The translations under genes were made by a program, and so were the position numbers. This document shows, piece after piece, positions 17,067 to 25,319 of a stretch of DNA of 64,000 nt. The DNA comes from an uncultured virus (IMG/VR IMGVR_UViG_2643221571_000003). Taxonomy: Duplodnaviria; Heunggongvirae; Uroviricota; Caudoviricetes. Positions within the stretch are counted from its first letter, which is position 1. The number at the start of each line of letters is the position of its first letter. Under the pieces are notes generated by a model that was not told where the DNA came from, did no database searches, and worked only from the letters and a program-made list of their open reading frames with translations. The stretch spans positions 1 to 64,000 of the IMG/VR virus record IMGVR_UViG_2643221571_000003, one strand, 5' to 3'.

Positions 17067-17806
17067 GCTGCTGCCTCCGTACCTTTTTCAAGGTCAACTT
17101 TGCGCTCTTCGAATGCTCGAGTGATTCGCGCTATGAAAGTGGGCTCATTGCGGCGAGTTGCCTCGCGAATGTATTTCACGTTCAGAAGCTTGAGTTCGTG
17201 TGTAGTGACAGCCTTGCCGATGGTCTCGACCGCGGAAGCAAGCCACTCGACACGCTCTTGTTTTTGGCGAAGTATCTCGGCGTCCTTGTCCTCGGCCTTT
17301 TCAAGCTTGAACTCTTCGGTGATGGTGTCGACGTAGGTCGGATCGTCGAACATGCCCATGTAGATGTCGGCGGCAAACCCCAGGGGCTGCAGGCATTTAC
17401 CGATAGCGTCGGTCAGCGATTTTTTCGCCGCGTCCCAGTCGGTAAGGATTTTTCCCTGCTGCAGGTAGATAAATGGCGTATGGCCGTAGTGCTGAACCGT
17501 GCATTTCTGCCCAGCGTTGCCCAAGTACCAAAGTTCGATTTTTACGGTGTGTAGCTTCGCGCAGATCATCGGAGCCTCTGGCCACTCTTTCGTGGGCCCC
17601 TGGAGCGGTGCACCTTCGTCAAATCGATCCTCAAGGACGTTCCAACCCCAACCCTCACCACATGGGCCGAAAATTTCGGTCGCCTTGCGCATGAGATAGG
17701 TTGGCCTGATCGCAGTGCCCTTAAAACCACCTGCGCCAGTGTATTTTTTAGTCGCATCAGGGTCGGTCGTGTCGACCTGGTCCCAAATTCGCGTGTTTGT
17801 GGCCAT
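17063..17806 (-). CDS. Rad52/Sak-like single-strand annealing recombinase
   Basis: ATEIFGPCGEGWGW, KKSLTDAIGK...GFAADIY. Confidence 0.75.
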   Translation of the reverse strand: MATNTRIWDQVDTTDPDATKKYTGAGGFKGTAIRPTYLMRKATEIFGPCGEGWGWNVLEDRFDEGAPLQGPTKEWPEAPMICAKLHTVKIELWYLGNAGQKCTVQHYGHTPFIYLQQGKILTDWDAAKKSLTDAIGKCLQPLGFAADIYMGMFDDPTYVDTITEEFKLEKAEDKDAEILRQKQERVEWLASAVETIGKAVTTHELKLLNVKYIREATRRNEPTFIARITRAFEERKVDLEKGTEAAA

Positions 17807-17856
17807 GAGAAATCCTTGCCGCGACGATCGCAGCAGTGAGTAGGGGGAGGGAAATA

Positions 17857-17905
17857 AAAGTTGATAAACATTCTTATTCGTATTTAAGATACGTAATAAC
17901 ATTTC
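17857..17905. promoter_or_regulatory. Putative Fur-like box and Zur half-site upstream of ykgO
   Basis: TTGATAAACATTCTTAT (Fur-like); AATAACATTTC matches 10/11 of the Zur half-site TATAACATTTC. Confidence 0.4.
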
Positions 17906-17929
17906 AACTCATCGCAAGGAGCCTCACCT

Positions 17930-18085
17930 ATGAAAGTGCTGTCCTCACTCAAAGAAGCTAAAAACCGTCACCGTGACTGCCAGATCGTTATGCGCCGGGG
18001 CCGGATCTACGTGATCTGCAAATCCAATCCAAAATTCAAAGCGCGGCAGGGCAGTGCGAAGAACAAGAACAAGGGGAAAGGCTGA
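17930..18085 (+). CDS. ykgO: 50S ribosomal protein L36, type B (zinc-independent)
   Basis: Hand translation [60 protein letters not shown]; below the ORF-track cutoff. Confidence 0.93.
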   Translation: MKVLSSLKEAKNRHRDCQIVMRRGRIYVICKSNPKFKARQGSAKNKNKGKG

Positions 18086-18097
18086 TCAGTTTGCTTG

Positions 18098-18289
18098 CTA
18101 ATCCTGCTGCTGAACCCGGTAGCGCAGGACCTGGAGCACTCGACCGCCGTAGCCAGGTTCTGCGAATTGCTCAACCGGTGGACCGAAGAAACCACGTCGT
18201 TCGGCCAGGCTGTAGGCCTCGCGCAGGTTGTGAGCGCTAATATCTTCGAGCTGCTCGTCGATCAGGGATTTAACCGGTGCGGTGCTCAT
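18098..18289 (-). CDS. Phage hypothetical protein
   Basis: MSTAPVKSLIDEQLEDI; coupled to upstream ORF. Confidence 0.6.
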   Translation of the reverse strand: MSTAPVKSLIDEQLEDISAHNLREAYSLAERRGFFGPPVEQFAEPGYGGRVLQVLRYRVQQQD

Positions 18290-18477
18290 TGAATCTCCTT
18301 ACGCCGCCGGCTGACATCCAGTAGACGGGCGCTATACCAGTGGAATTCTTCTGCGTTGATGGCGCCCGAAGTAAAGTGTCGGACGATCAAACCCTCGGCT
18401 AGGATCTCGTCGAGCGCTGGCTTGTCTGGATCTTCAAGCGCAAACAACGCTTTATCGATCTCAACGTAGGGGCTCAC
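18286..18477 (-). CDS. Phage hypothetical protein
   Basis: 4-bp overlaps with both neighbours. Confidence 0.6.
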   Translation of the reverse strand: MSPYVEIDKALFALEDPDKPALDEILAEGLIVRHFTSGAINAEEFHWYSARLLDVSRRRKEIQ

Positions 18478-18896
18478 AGTTCGTTGTCCTCGGCCTGGGC
18501 GATAAGAGCGTCATCAGCCAAAGGTTGAAGGAGGCGTTCGGCAATCTCGCCGAGCTTCCCAAGTTGGTGGTCACTCCGGCCAAGCAGCTCCAGTGCTTCC
18601 GATTTCACCCTCGAACCCGCCATCCCTGCGATCAGTAAGTAGCCCAGGACTGGAGTGTCGACGCCGCAGTCAGCAAGTAGGTTGTTGGCGTACTCATCGA
18701 CAGCCAGTGCGAACTGGTAGGCCGTGACGCCTTGCTGGGGGTGCAAGTGGCGCTTGAACATCACGCTTCCACCTCTGGCTAGCTCTTCGGCTGCGTTGTA
18801 CAGCCATTCGCTGCGAGCCAATTGCTGAGAGGTTTCGCTCACCGGAGGCGGCAGTTGTTCGTCGTGCTCAAACTGAGCCTTGCGTAGTGCTGACAT
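18474..18896 (-). CDS. Phage hypothetical protein
   Basis: GGAGG RBS; MSALRKAQFEHD. Confidence 0.65.
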   Translation of the reverse strand: MSALRKAQFEHDEQLPPPVSETSQQLARSEWLYNAAEELARGGSVMFKRHLHPQQGVTAYQFALAVDEYANNLLADCGVDTPVLGYLLIAGMAGSRVKSEALELLGRSDHQLGKLGEIAERLLQPLADDALIAQAEDNEL

Positions 18897-19372
18897 GGTC
18901 GCCTCCAAAATGGCGGGTTGTTCACCTGTATTCGTCAACACTCATGCCTCCCGCTGGTTGCCGATGGGCGCGGGGGAGGAGTGCTGACGGGTAGAGGCGG
19001 GATAAAGAAAGGCCAGTTGGACGCTGGCCTCTCGGATGCAGTAGTTGATTTTGGGGGCGGGACCGTCAGCGTCAGAACGCCGAGAGCCCCGGTCGAGAAC
19101 GCCAGCGCTCACGATGGAAGCGCAAGTGACCGGTTGGCAGGCCGTCATCAGGTGGCGGTTCTGGCCGCGCATGCCTGAGCGCTGCGCCGATCAGGAACAG
19201 TAGGAGCATGGTGATCTCCAGTTGGGGTGTGTGTCGGTCTTTCCCGACTGTCACGGCGCTTGTGCCAGATCAAGGTAGCTCGCCAATACCAGGTTGGCGC
19301 TGACCCTGCGCAATGCGGGTTGAACTATTCGCCGAGTGATGCAGGTGGGCGGTTATAGGCCGCAGTTTCGTC

Positions 19373-19530
19373 CGCATCGGGGTGTAATTTGGTAGGGATT
19401 CGAACCCAAAAGAATTACGTCGATTTCGGCAGCGCTACCTAGTCAACCCCACCCCGCACGCAGGGCGCCCCTGATCCGCCGAGGCAAACTCCAAATTACA
19501 CCCCGATGCGCTCTCATAGAGAGCATCGGG
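19373..19530 (-). ncRNA. Structured RNA candidate in the pL transcript
   Basis: Perfect 20-bp inverted repeat 19373-19392/19491-19510 enclosing a GGGTTCGAATCCC hairpin. Confidence 0.5.
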
Positions 19531-19563
19531 CAGTTAACGACAGGCTGTCGTGGCGTTGGTTGT

Positions 19564-19761
19564 TTAGACGGCACGTTCCAGCTCGCAGCATTGCTCATAA
19601 TGAGCCACCGCGATTGGCATGTGGGAGCTATCCAGAGGCCACTTGTTAACTTTGCAGCCTTGACCAGCGGGGCAATGAAACACAAACAGCTCACCCGCCT
19701 TTTTGTCCATCTGCATGCTCACTTGGGCGCCGCTTGTGAAGTCGTCTTCGATGATGATCAT
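19564..19761 (-). CDS. Phage hypothetical protein
   Basis: 65-aa ORF MIIIEDDFTSG; start uncertain. Confidence 0.5.
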   Translation of the reverse strand: MIIIEDDFTSGAQVSMQMDKKAGELFVFHCPAGQGCKVNKWPLDSSHMPIAVAHYEQCCELERAV

Positions 19762-19826
19762 CTCGTCTTGCTCCGGTTGTTTTCCCAATGACCACCGCTC
19801 TGGATGGGCATCAGTGAAAAGGTCCG

Positions 19827-20081
19827 TCATGCTGCGAACAGCTCTTGCTGGTGTGGTTGAGGCGAACAGCGCTGGAGTCCGGCGCGTATTGCTGACTCCA
19901 GCAGTTCGGCGTCTTTCTCAAGCTCAGGGAAGGCCCCGGCAAATTCGCTGACCGCGCTGCGCAGACCGGCGGCCTCACGCTGCATAGTTGGAATCACGAT
20001 GCTGATCATGTTGCCAATCGTGCGCAGATCAAGGCTGCATTCCCGGCAAAGCCGGATGTAGTCGAGCATGTACTTGGGCAT
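19827..20081 (-). CDS. Phage hypothetical protein
   Basis: AGGAGGAG RBS; MPKYMLDYIRLCREC. Confidence 0.65.
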   Translation of the reverse strand: MPKYMLDYIRLCRECSLDLRTIGNMISIVIPTMQREAAGLRSAVSEFAGAFPELEKDAELLESAIRAGLQRCSPQPHQQELFAA

Positions 20082-20093
20082 GTGCTTCTCCTC

Positions 20094-20255
20094 CTATCGG
20101 GACACTGCACGGATGGTCGACAGCGGCACCTTGGCGTCGATCATTCGAAACAGGCTGTAAGGAACCGTGCAACCGCTCTGCTTAGCAAGCCGGCATTGTT
20201 TGCGGCATTCCTTGTCGGCGGCTTCCTGGTTGTTTGCGCATCTGAACTTCGGCAT
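20094..20255 (-). CDS. Small Cys-containing protein, first gene after pL
   Basis: GGAG RBS; 53 aa. Confidence 0.45.
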   Translation of the reverse strand: MPKFRCANNQEAADKECRKQCRLAKQSGCTVPYSLFRMIDAKVPLSTIRAVSR

Positions 20256-20579
20256 TTCGTTTACTCCGTTGATTTTCCGGATGACCCTGTCGCCAAGGTC
20301 ATCGAGGAAATCTGTTCGCCGTGACCCGCTACTGGCGGCCGTCACCGGCTTGAATCAAATGTTCTTCCAACCGCGGGCCTTTCGGCTTGTTCTCCCGCTG
20401 GATAACTGTTCTTGGCGCTTTACGCTGCACGCCCGGGTCAGTTGCCAACCCTCTGAACCGTTTAGGCCGGTTCATCGCTGCCTTTGAATCTGGGCCGGTG
20501 GTGATCCGGCAAGGGGTATCGCTAAAGAGCGGCGCAGGTTTCGCTGCTGGCCGACATTCTTCATTGCTGGCTTGAGGCG

Positions 20580-20654
20580 ATAATCACAGAGTGTGTTTAT
20601 TGTGTCAACACGTGATGTGTTTGTATTTTTCATGATTGAATCACGATGTGTGGT
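20580..20654 (-). promoter_or_regulatory. pL promoter with three OL operators
   Basis: TTGACA-17-GATTAT on minus strand; 15-bp A(A/T)CAC-N5-GTG(T/G)T sites at 20583, 20607, 20640. Confidence 0.8.
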
Positions 20655-20702
20655 ATTGATTGGGACGGAGGTAGCAGGAAGCCCGCCTACCGGCGAGCTC
20701 AT

Positions 20703-20954
20703 TTAGGAATCGCAGTACTCGCGCCAGCCGATCCTGACAGCGCCGCCCTCCAAATGCTCGATCCTTATGCCAGCGGTGTCGCCGATATCCTGGATGACCT
20801 GGTGCCAGGCTTCAGGGCTTTCGTCGTCGCGCTTGGATACTTCGACCAGTTGAATCCTCTGTACCCGAGGAGAGGCGATCAAGCCTTGCAGGCGTCGGCC
20901 GACAAGCTCGTAGGAATTTCGTGGTTTTGATGGATAGTAGGGTGCCTGAATCAT
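20703..20954 (-). CDS. DUF1654 family protein
   Basis: SYELVGRRLQ-LIASPRVQ...G-VRIGW. Confidence 0.8.
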   Translation of the reverse strand: MIQAPYYPSKPRNSYELVGRRLQGLIASPRVQRIQLVEVSKRDDESPEAWHQVIQDIGDTAGIRIEHLEGGAVRIGWREYCDS

Positions 20955-20973
20955 GCTTCGCTCCTTGCGAAAT

Positions 20974-20989
20974 CTGTATGCATGTACAG
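20974..20989. promoter_or_regulatory. LexA (SOS) box
   Basis: CTGTATGCATGTACAG, 20 bp upstream of DUF1654. Confidence 0.8.
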
Positions 20990-21183
20990 TATTGTTGTTG
21001 GCATCTTATTGGCAATAGGGTGGCAAGGAGTTTCATGCATAAATGCATAAACCGCTTGGTTGGAGACGCCCTAAGCCCAGAAAAGCCCAGCTCTGTGGCG
21101 GGGTGTCTAACTGCCATCATTCGGATACAATGCGCGCCGGCCGAGCATCGGCCAAGCCAATGAAGGCGCTACGGAGTGATGGT

Positions 21184-21639
21184 ATGAAGATGGGAAAGGC
21201 GGCGGGAGTCGCAGTGCTTATTGCAATGATTGCCCTGGGCGGCTGCGCTAGCATTGTTAGCGATAGCAAGCCGAAGGTTGGGTTGTACAGCCTTCCGACG
21301 AATGCCAACTACGTAATCAAGGACAGTAGTGGAGGTGTGCTGCATAAGGGCGTCACTCCAGGTTCCGCGATTTTGGAGACGAGCAGGGGCTACTTTAAAA
21401 GCCAGAGCTACACCGTTACCTTCCAAAAAGACGGCTATGCAGAAACAACTGTCCCTCTAAAGTCGACTGTAAGCGGCTGGTACTGGGGCAACCTGCTTAT
21501 TGGCGGCTTGATAGGTATGTTGATCGTTGATCCGTTGACAGGTGCCATGTATACGCTTCCAGAAGACGCTACTGGCAAGCTGAGCGCTGTAAGCCTTCCA
21601 CCTTCTGCACAGCCGCAAGCCTCGGTGACGTCGCAATAA
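21184..21639 (+). CDS. Lipoprotein
   Basis: Lipobox LGGC; C-terminal GNLLIGGLIGMLIVDPLTGAMY. Confidence 0.75.
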   Translation: MKMGKAAGVAVLIAMIALGGCASIVSDSKPKVGLYSLPTNANYVIKDSSGGVLHKGVTPGSAILETSRGYFKSQSYTVTFQKDGYAETTVPLKSTVSGWYWGNLLIGGLIGMLIVDPLTGAMYTLPEDATGKLSAVSLPPSAQPQASVTSQ

Positions 21640-21651
21640 TCTACAGGCATG

Positions 21652-21679
21652 AAAAAGCCCGCGCGCGACGGGCTTCTTT
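21652..21679. terminator. Bidirectional intrinsic terminator
   Basis: AAAAAGCCCG...CGGGCTTCTTT between convergent lipoprotein genes. Confidence 0.7.
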
Positions 21680-21706
21680 ATTAAATTCTCAAGGGTTCGA
21701 CTTAGT

Positions 21707-22120
21707 TCAGCCTCTCAAGTTGAAGCCAACTTTTTCGCACTTCACCCGAGCAAATGCCTTTGGGTGTCCACCCACACGAGCGCTATTTGTCTCCATGACT
21801 TGATCGCCACGCAGCATGAAAAACCACAATTCTTGCCCCGCATAGCCGCCATAAATATTCTTTGCATTCACGATGACGCACATCCCATACCCGAATCGAA
21901 GCCCAAAGATGCCATTCCACATCGGAATAGGGTCACCCAGAAATTGAAACTTTGTTGAATCGGGATCCGGCTGAGTCCGCGCCATATATGCTTTGATCGT
22001 ACGATCGTAGTCGAATGGATAAGGTCCATAGTCCGGATTTTCAAGCTGCTCTGGAGTGGGCTTTACGCACCCGGTAAGAAGAAGCGAGGCGGCACAAGCA
22101 GCGAGCAATTTCTTAAGCAT
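21707..22120 (-). CDS. Lipoprotein
   Basis: Lipobox LTGC; DPDS-KF and VNAKNIYGGYAG motifs. Confidence 0.75.
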   Translation of the reverse strand: MLKKLLAACAASLLLTGCVKPTPEQLENPDYGPYPFDYDRTIKAYMARTQPDPDSTKFQFLGDPIPMWNGIFGLRFGYGMCVIVNAKNIYGGYAGQELWFFMLRGDQVMETNSARVGGHPKAFARVKCEKVGFNLRG

Positions 22121-22190
22121 GAGGGTCTCTCTCTGACTGAGCCAGCACCTTAACATTCGTGGCGTACAGCCACTACTGGTGGGCAGGTCA

Positions 22191-22407
22191 TCAATCAGGC
22201 CCTTGTGCCCTCACCCTAGCCAACCCCTGCTTGATATGCCCGGTGTTCTCCCCGATCGTCTTCAGCGCACCGCGAACATTGCCGCCAGCCTCGACACTGC
22301 CTTGGCTTTCGACGAGCAATGTCAGCTCCATATGTGCCCGCTTCCAGGGCGAGTTGATTCTCGTAGATGCGTTCGAGCATATCGGGAAGGGAGTAGGGGG
22401 AAAGCAT
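22191..22407 (-). pseudogene. Frameshifted small conserved gene
   Basis: MLSPYSLPDMLERIYENQLALEA continues in another frame as MELTLLVESQGS... Confidence 0.55.
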
Positions 22408-22607
22408 TGCGTCGTCTCCAATTGAGGGCCTAGATAGCGTAGACCACGGAATTGAAGGTAAAGAAAAGCCCGCGATGGGGGATAGCGGGCTTAAAGGATC
22501 TTCACAAGGAGCAGTGGCCACAATAGGCGCTCCCCTGTGAAAAGATCGTGAAAGCACAGATACAAGAAGCCCGGCGCTGAGCCGGGCTTGGGAGATTAAC
22601 GATGGTA

Positions 22608-22838
22608 TTAGTTATAGGCCCTGGGCAATTCGGCCACTTCACATAAAACCTTGAACCCCTCCCATTCGCTGGGAACTTTGTTTGCCAGATGTCGGAAGTC
22701 TTGGCGCAAAAATACTCGTAGAGCGAGGCTGCTCCCCGCGCAAGAAAAAGTGGAAACGCTCACCGCTCCGCTGGGTGCGTCGATCCGAGCGAGCAAATGC
22801 TTTGCTGCAGAATATGGATCACGTTCCAAGGTCCGCAT
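22608..22838 (-). CDS. 76-aa partner of the protease, resembling its N-terminal domain
   Basis: GGAGG RBS; overlaps the protease 3' end; LRVFL...VPSEWEGFKV; hairpin at 22564-22590. Confidence 0.7.
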   Translation of the reverse strand: MRTLERDPYSAAKHLLARIDAPSGAVSVSTFSCAGSSLALRVFLRQDFRHLANKVPSEWEGFKVLCEVAELPRAYN

Positions 22839-23943
22839 GATGTCCTCCTACAAGTTGAACTCCAAGCCTCTCTAGGATTGGACGTATAGGGAGGAAGAAG
22901 GTTCGCTGGTTACCAGGGGCAATAGCGTCCTGTCCGCCGGCGAATAGTAGACCAACTGCAGCTCGCTCGCCATTTTCCTTCACTGATACGATCAAGGATC
23001 CTGAGTCGCCCCCAGTGGAAAAGGCCTCGCCCTCACCGTGAACAATCCATGTGTTCTCGAACATGATGTGTCCGGTGAAGCTGAACTCCGCAGCGGAACA
23101 GGACACCGTGAGCGGGCCCAATTCTCTACCTACAATTTTTCCTCTGGTATGCCCTGTCGTTCTTCCAACTTTCTCGACCAGCATGCCCTCAGTAGGGTCT
23201 TCAACGAGCGTTGGCGTGTCGTAGAGCCCGCCCTGCAGCGATGAGACAACTGCGTCGTTCAATATTGTGAATAGGGCCGCATCGGAATTTCGCGCTATAT
23301 CAATATTGCCTTGGGTCCCTACGTTCATTTCAAGAACCGATTTATGAAGCCCTATAGTGAATGGATGAAGACGACCTGCATCCACGTCAAGCACTCCAGG
23401 TGCAAGAATTGGGACGCCAACGGATGAATGGTTGCACAGTCCCGTGACGTGGTTATTGGTCATACCATACATGGTTCCTCCCTCGTCTCTGACGAGGGCT
23501 CCAAGCGTCCCGGCCGAGCGCGAGTTACCCGGAGAAATCGATGAGCCGCATGCGTATCTTGACTGTCCTGCTGGGTCAGCTACCACACTGAAGGCTGCGC
23601 CCTGAGCCTGACTAGGCATCTTTCCGATCTCGTCCACATCTCCCTGCGTGTATGCAATTCCACAGCCGTGAATGGTTGTTGGGAGCGTCTTCAAGTCTTT
23701 GTTGTAAACCTTCTTTTTGGTGTAAAGATAAATGCACCGCGCGCGCTCGTTGTAAGCGATGGTTAAAAGCATCTTTTGCCTGAGTAGAGCTTCAATCTCT
23801 ACCGAGGCAATTATAGGCTCCACACCTCCGGTCAGGTTAGCCTCAATGGATCCAGGAAAAGCGGCAATTAGGCCTTTCTCGACAGCCCATTTTCGGATTG
23901 CACTTGCAACATAAAGTGTGGACGACGCATCTTTGACTTCCAT
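22819..23943 (-). CDS. Trypsin-like (S1, Nal1-like) serine protease
   Basis: GTLGALV, TNNHV (His), DAA (Asp), KVGRTTG, GDSGS (Ser); GGAGG RBS; no signal peptide. Confidence 0.85.
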   Translation of the reverse strand: MEVKDASSTLYVASAIRKWAVEKGLIAAFPGSIEANLTGGVEPIIASVEIEALLRQKMLLTIAYNERARCIYLYTKKKVYNKDLKTLPTTIHGCGIAYTQGDVDEIGKMPSQAQGAAFSVVADPAGQSRYACGSSISPGNSRSAGTLGALVRDEGGTMYGMTNNHVTGLCNHSSVGVPILAPGVLDVDAGRLHPFTIGLHKSVLEMNVGTQGNIDIARNSDAALFTILNDAVVSSLQGGLYDTPTLVEDPTEGMLVEKVGRTTGHTRGKIVGRELGPLTVSCSAAEFSFTGHIMFENTWIVHGEGEAFSTGGDSGSLIVSVKENGERAAVGLLFAGGQDAIAPGNQRTFFLPIRPILERLGVQLVGGHHADLGT

Positions 23944-24164
23944 GTTTCCTCCCCAGGAATGAATGCTCAATCCTTGTCGTAGACTCAGCTTAAGAGCCAA
24001 AGAAATTGGCTAACGATTTTTATATATTATTTATTCTATTACAGCGCTTTGAAGCATCCTCCGCACCAAACTACGCGCCTACTCGGGATTGCTTCGGCTT
24101 ATTTGCCCCCCATTTGTACCATCGGAATGACCTGAAATTCACTCAGGTGTTGCGCTGGCTGCGT

Positions 24165-24506
24165 TTAGGGCTCGTAGTGCAAGAACATTCCTTTACCGGC
24201 AGCGTTTTTTGCAGCGATCAGAGCCCTGGCTGCAAGAGCTGTGGTTTCACCATGACTGTACTCATAGCTTGGAGGCAGAACCAGTACGCTGGTCCACGAA
24301 GGATCTCCATCGATTAGCAGGGGTAGTTCGTGGCATTGCAGCTGATTTCCATCAGGTCTCGGGCCTAATACCTTTCTGAGCGAATCTGCAAGGGCTGAAG
24401 CCCCTGGACGATGATGGTGATTAGCTACGGCAATGCCATAAGCGCTCAAAGCGCTAGCTATCTGGGGCAGCCTTGACTCTTCATTCAATACCGCGACTAC
24501 AGGCAT
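24165..24506 (-). CDS. Hypothetical protein downstream of cI
   Basis: AAGGAG RBS; 113 aa. Confidence 0.55.
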   Translation of the reverse strand: MPVVAVLNEESRLPQIASALSAYGIAVANHHHRPGASALADSLRKVLGPRPDGNQLQCHELPLLIDGDPSWTSVLVLPPSYEYSHGETTALAARALIAAKNAAGKGMFLHYEP

Positions 24507-24568
24507 ATCGCACTCCTTGCAAAAAACTCGAAAATCTCTAAGTGCCGGACTCTAAATCGCGGACTTTC

Positions 24569-25213
24569 TCAGTAAAACTTCTGCAACGCCTGCACAACCA
24601 CGCCCACGATCCGGCAGTTCTCGTCGACAGCCTCGATGGGGTAGCTCGGGTTCAGCGGTTTCAGGAACAGCCGCCCGCCATCGCTGACCAGCTTCTTGAA
24701 TGTCGCTTCGTTGCTGTCTGGCAGCTTGGCAACGACCAGCTTACCTGGTGCAACTTCAGCCTCAGTGTCCACAAGGATCAGCGTGCCTTCGGTGATGCTC
24801 TGGCCGGCGGGTGCCGTCATCGAGTCACCTTTCACCTTCAGCCAAAACGCGGTGCCCTTGGAGTCGTACTCCGAGAACTCATAGCTGTCCGAGAATCCAG
24901 CTGGGTATGGCTCAACGGCCTCCGCCCAGGCGCCGGCGGCGACCCAGCTGATTACTGGGTAGCGGAATGATTTGGTGGGTTGGGCGGCGATTGAAATATT
25001 CGAGGGGCTTTCGCCAGGCAAAAGCAGCGCTGCCGGATCGATTTTCAGTTCATGGGCAATCTTGGCGATATCGTCAAGGTTTGGCTCCCGAGCATCTTTT
25101 TCATAGTTTCCTATGCGCGATTGGGATTTCCACCCGCACGCCTTTGCTAAGGCAGCCTGAGAAAGCCCTGCTTTTTCTCTGTAGTGAGCGATGCGCGATC
25201 CGAGTGTCTTCAT
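24569..25213 (-). CDS. cI: CI repressor (HTH + S24 peptidase)
   Basis: HTH SQAALAKACGW-SQSRIGNYE; VAAG cleavage site, GDSM, TFKKL. Confidence 0.95.
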   Translation of the reverse strand: MKTLGSRIAHYREKAGLSQAALAKACGWKSQSRIGNYEKDAREPNLDDIAKIAHELKIDPAALLLPGESPSNISIAAQPTKSFRYPVISWVAAGAWAEAVEPYPAGFSDSYEFSEYDSKGTAFWLKVKGDSMTAPAGQSITEGTLILVDTEAEVAPGKLVVAKLPDSNEATFKKLVSDGGRLFLKPLNPSYPIEAVDENCRIVGVVVQALQKFY

Positions 25214-25226
25214 GGATCGAATTTTA

Positions 25227-25292
25227 ATCACGGAGTGAAATAAATTCCGCACACTTATTGTGTTTGCCAATAACACGCTATGTGTTTATCCT
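25227..25292. promoter_or_regulatory. OR operators and pR
   Basis: 15-bp sites at 25227 (degenerate), 25250 and 25272 matching the OL consensus; TTGCCA-17-TATCCT. Confidence 0.8.
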
Positions 25293-25319
25293 TGGTTTAA
25301 TGACCGCAGGAGCAATGCA

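Noticed and set aside
19393..19490. Canonical phage tRNA suggested by GGTTCGAATCC
   Set aside because: No convincing D-arm or anticodon arm by eye; kept only as a structured RNA candidate
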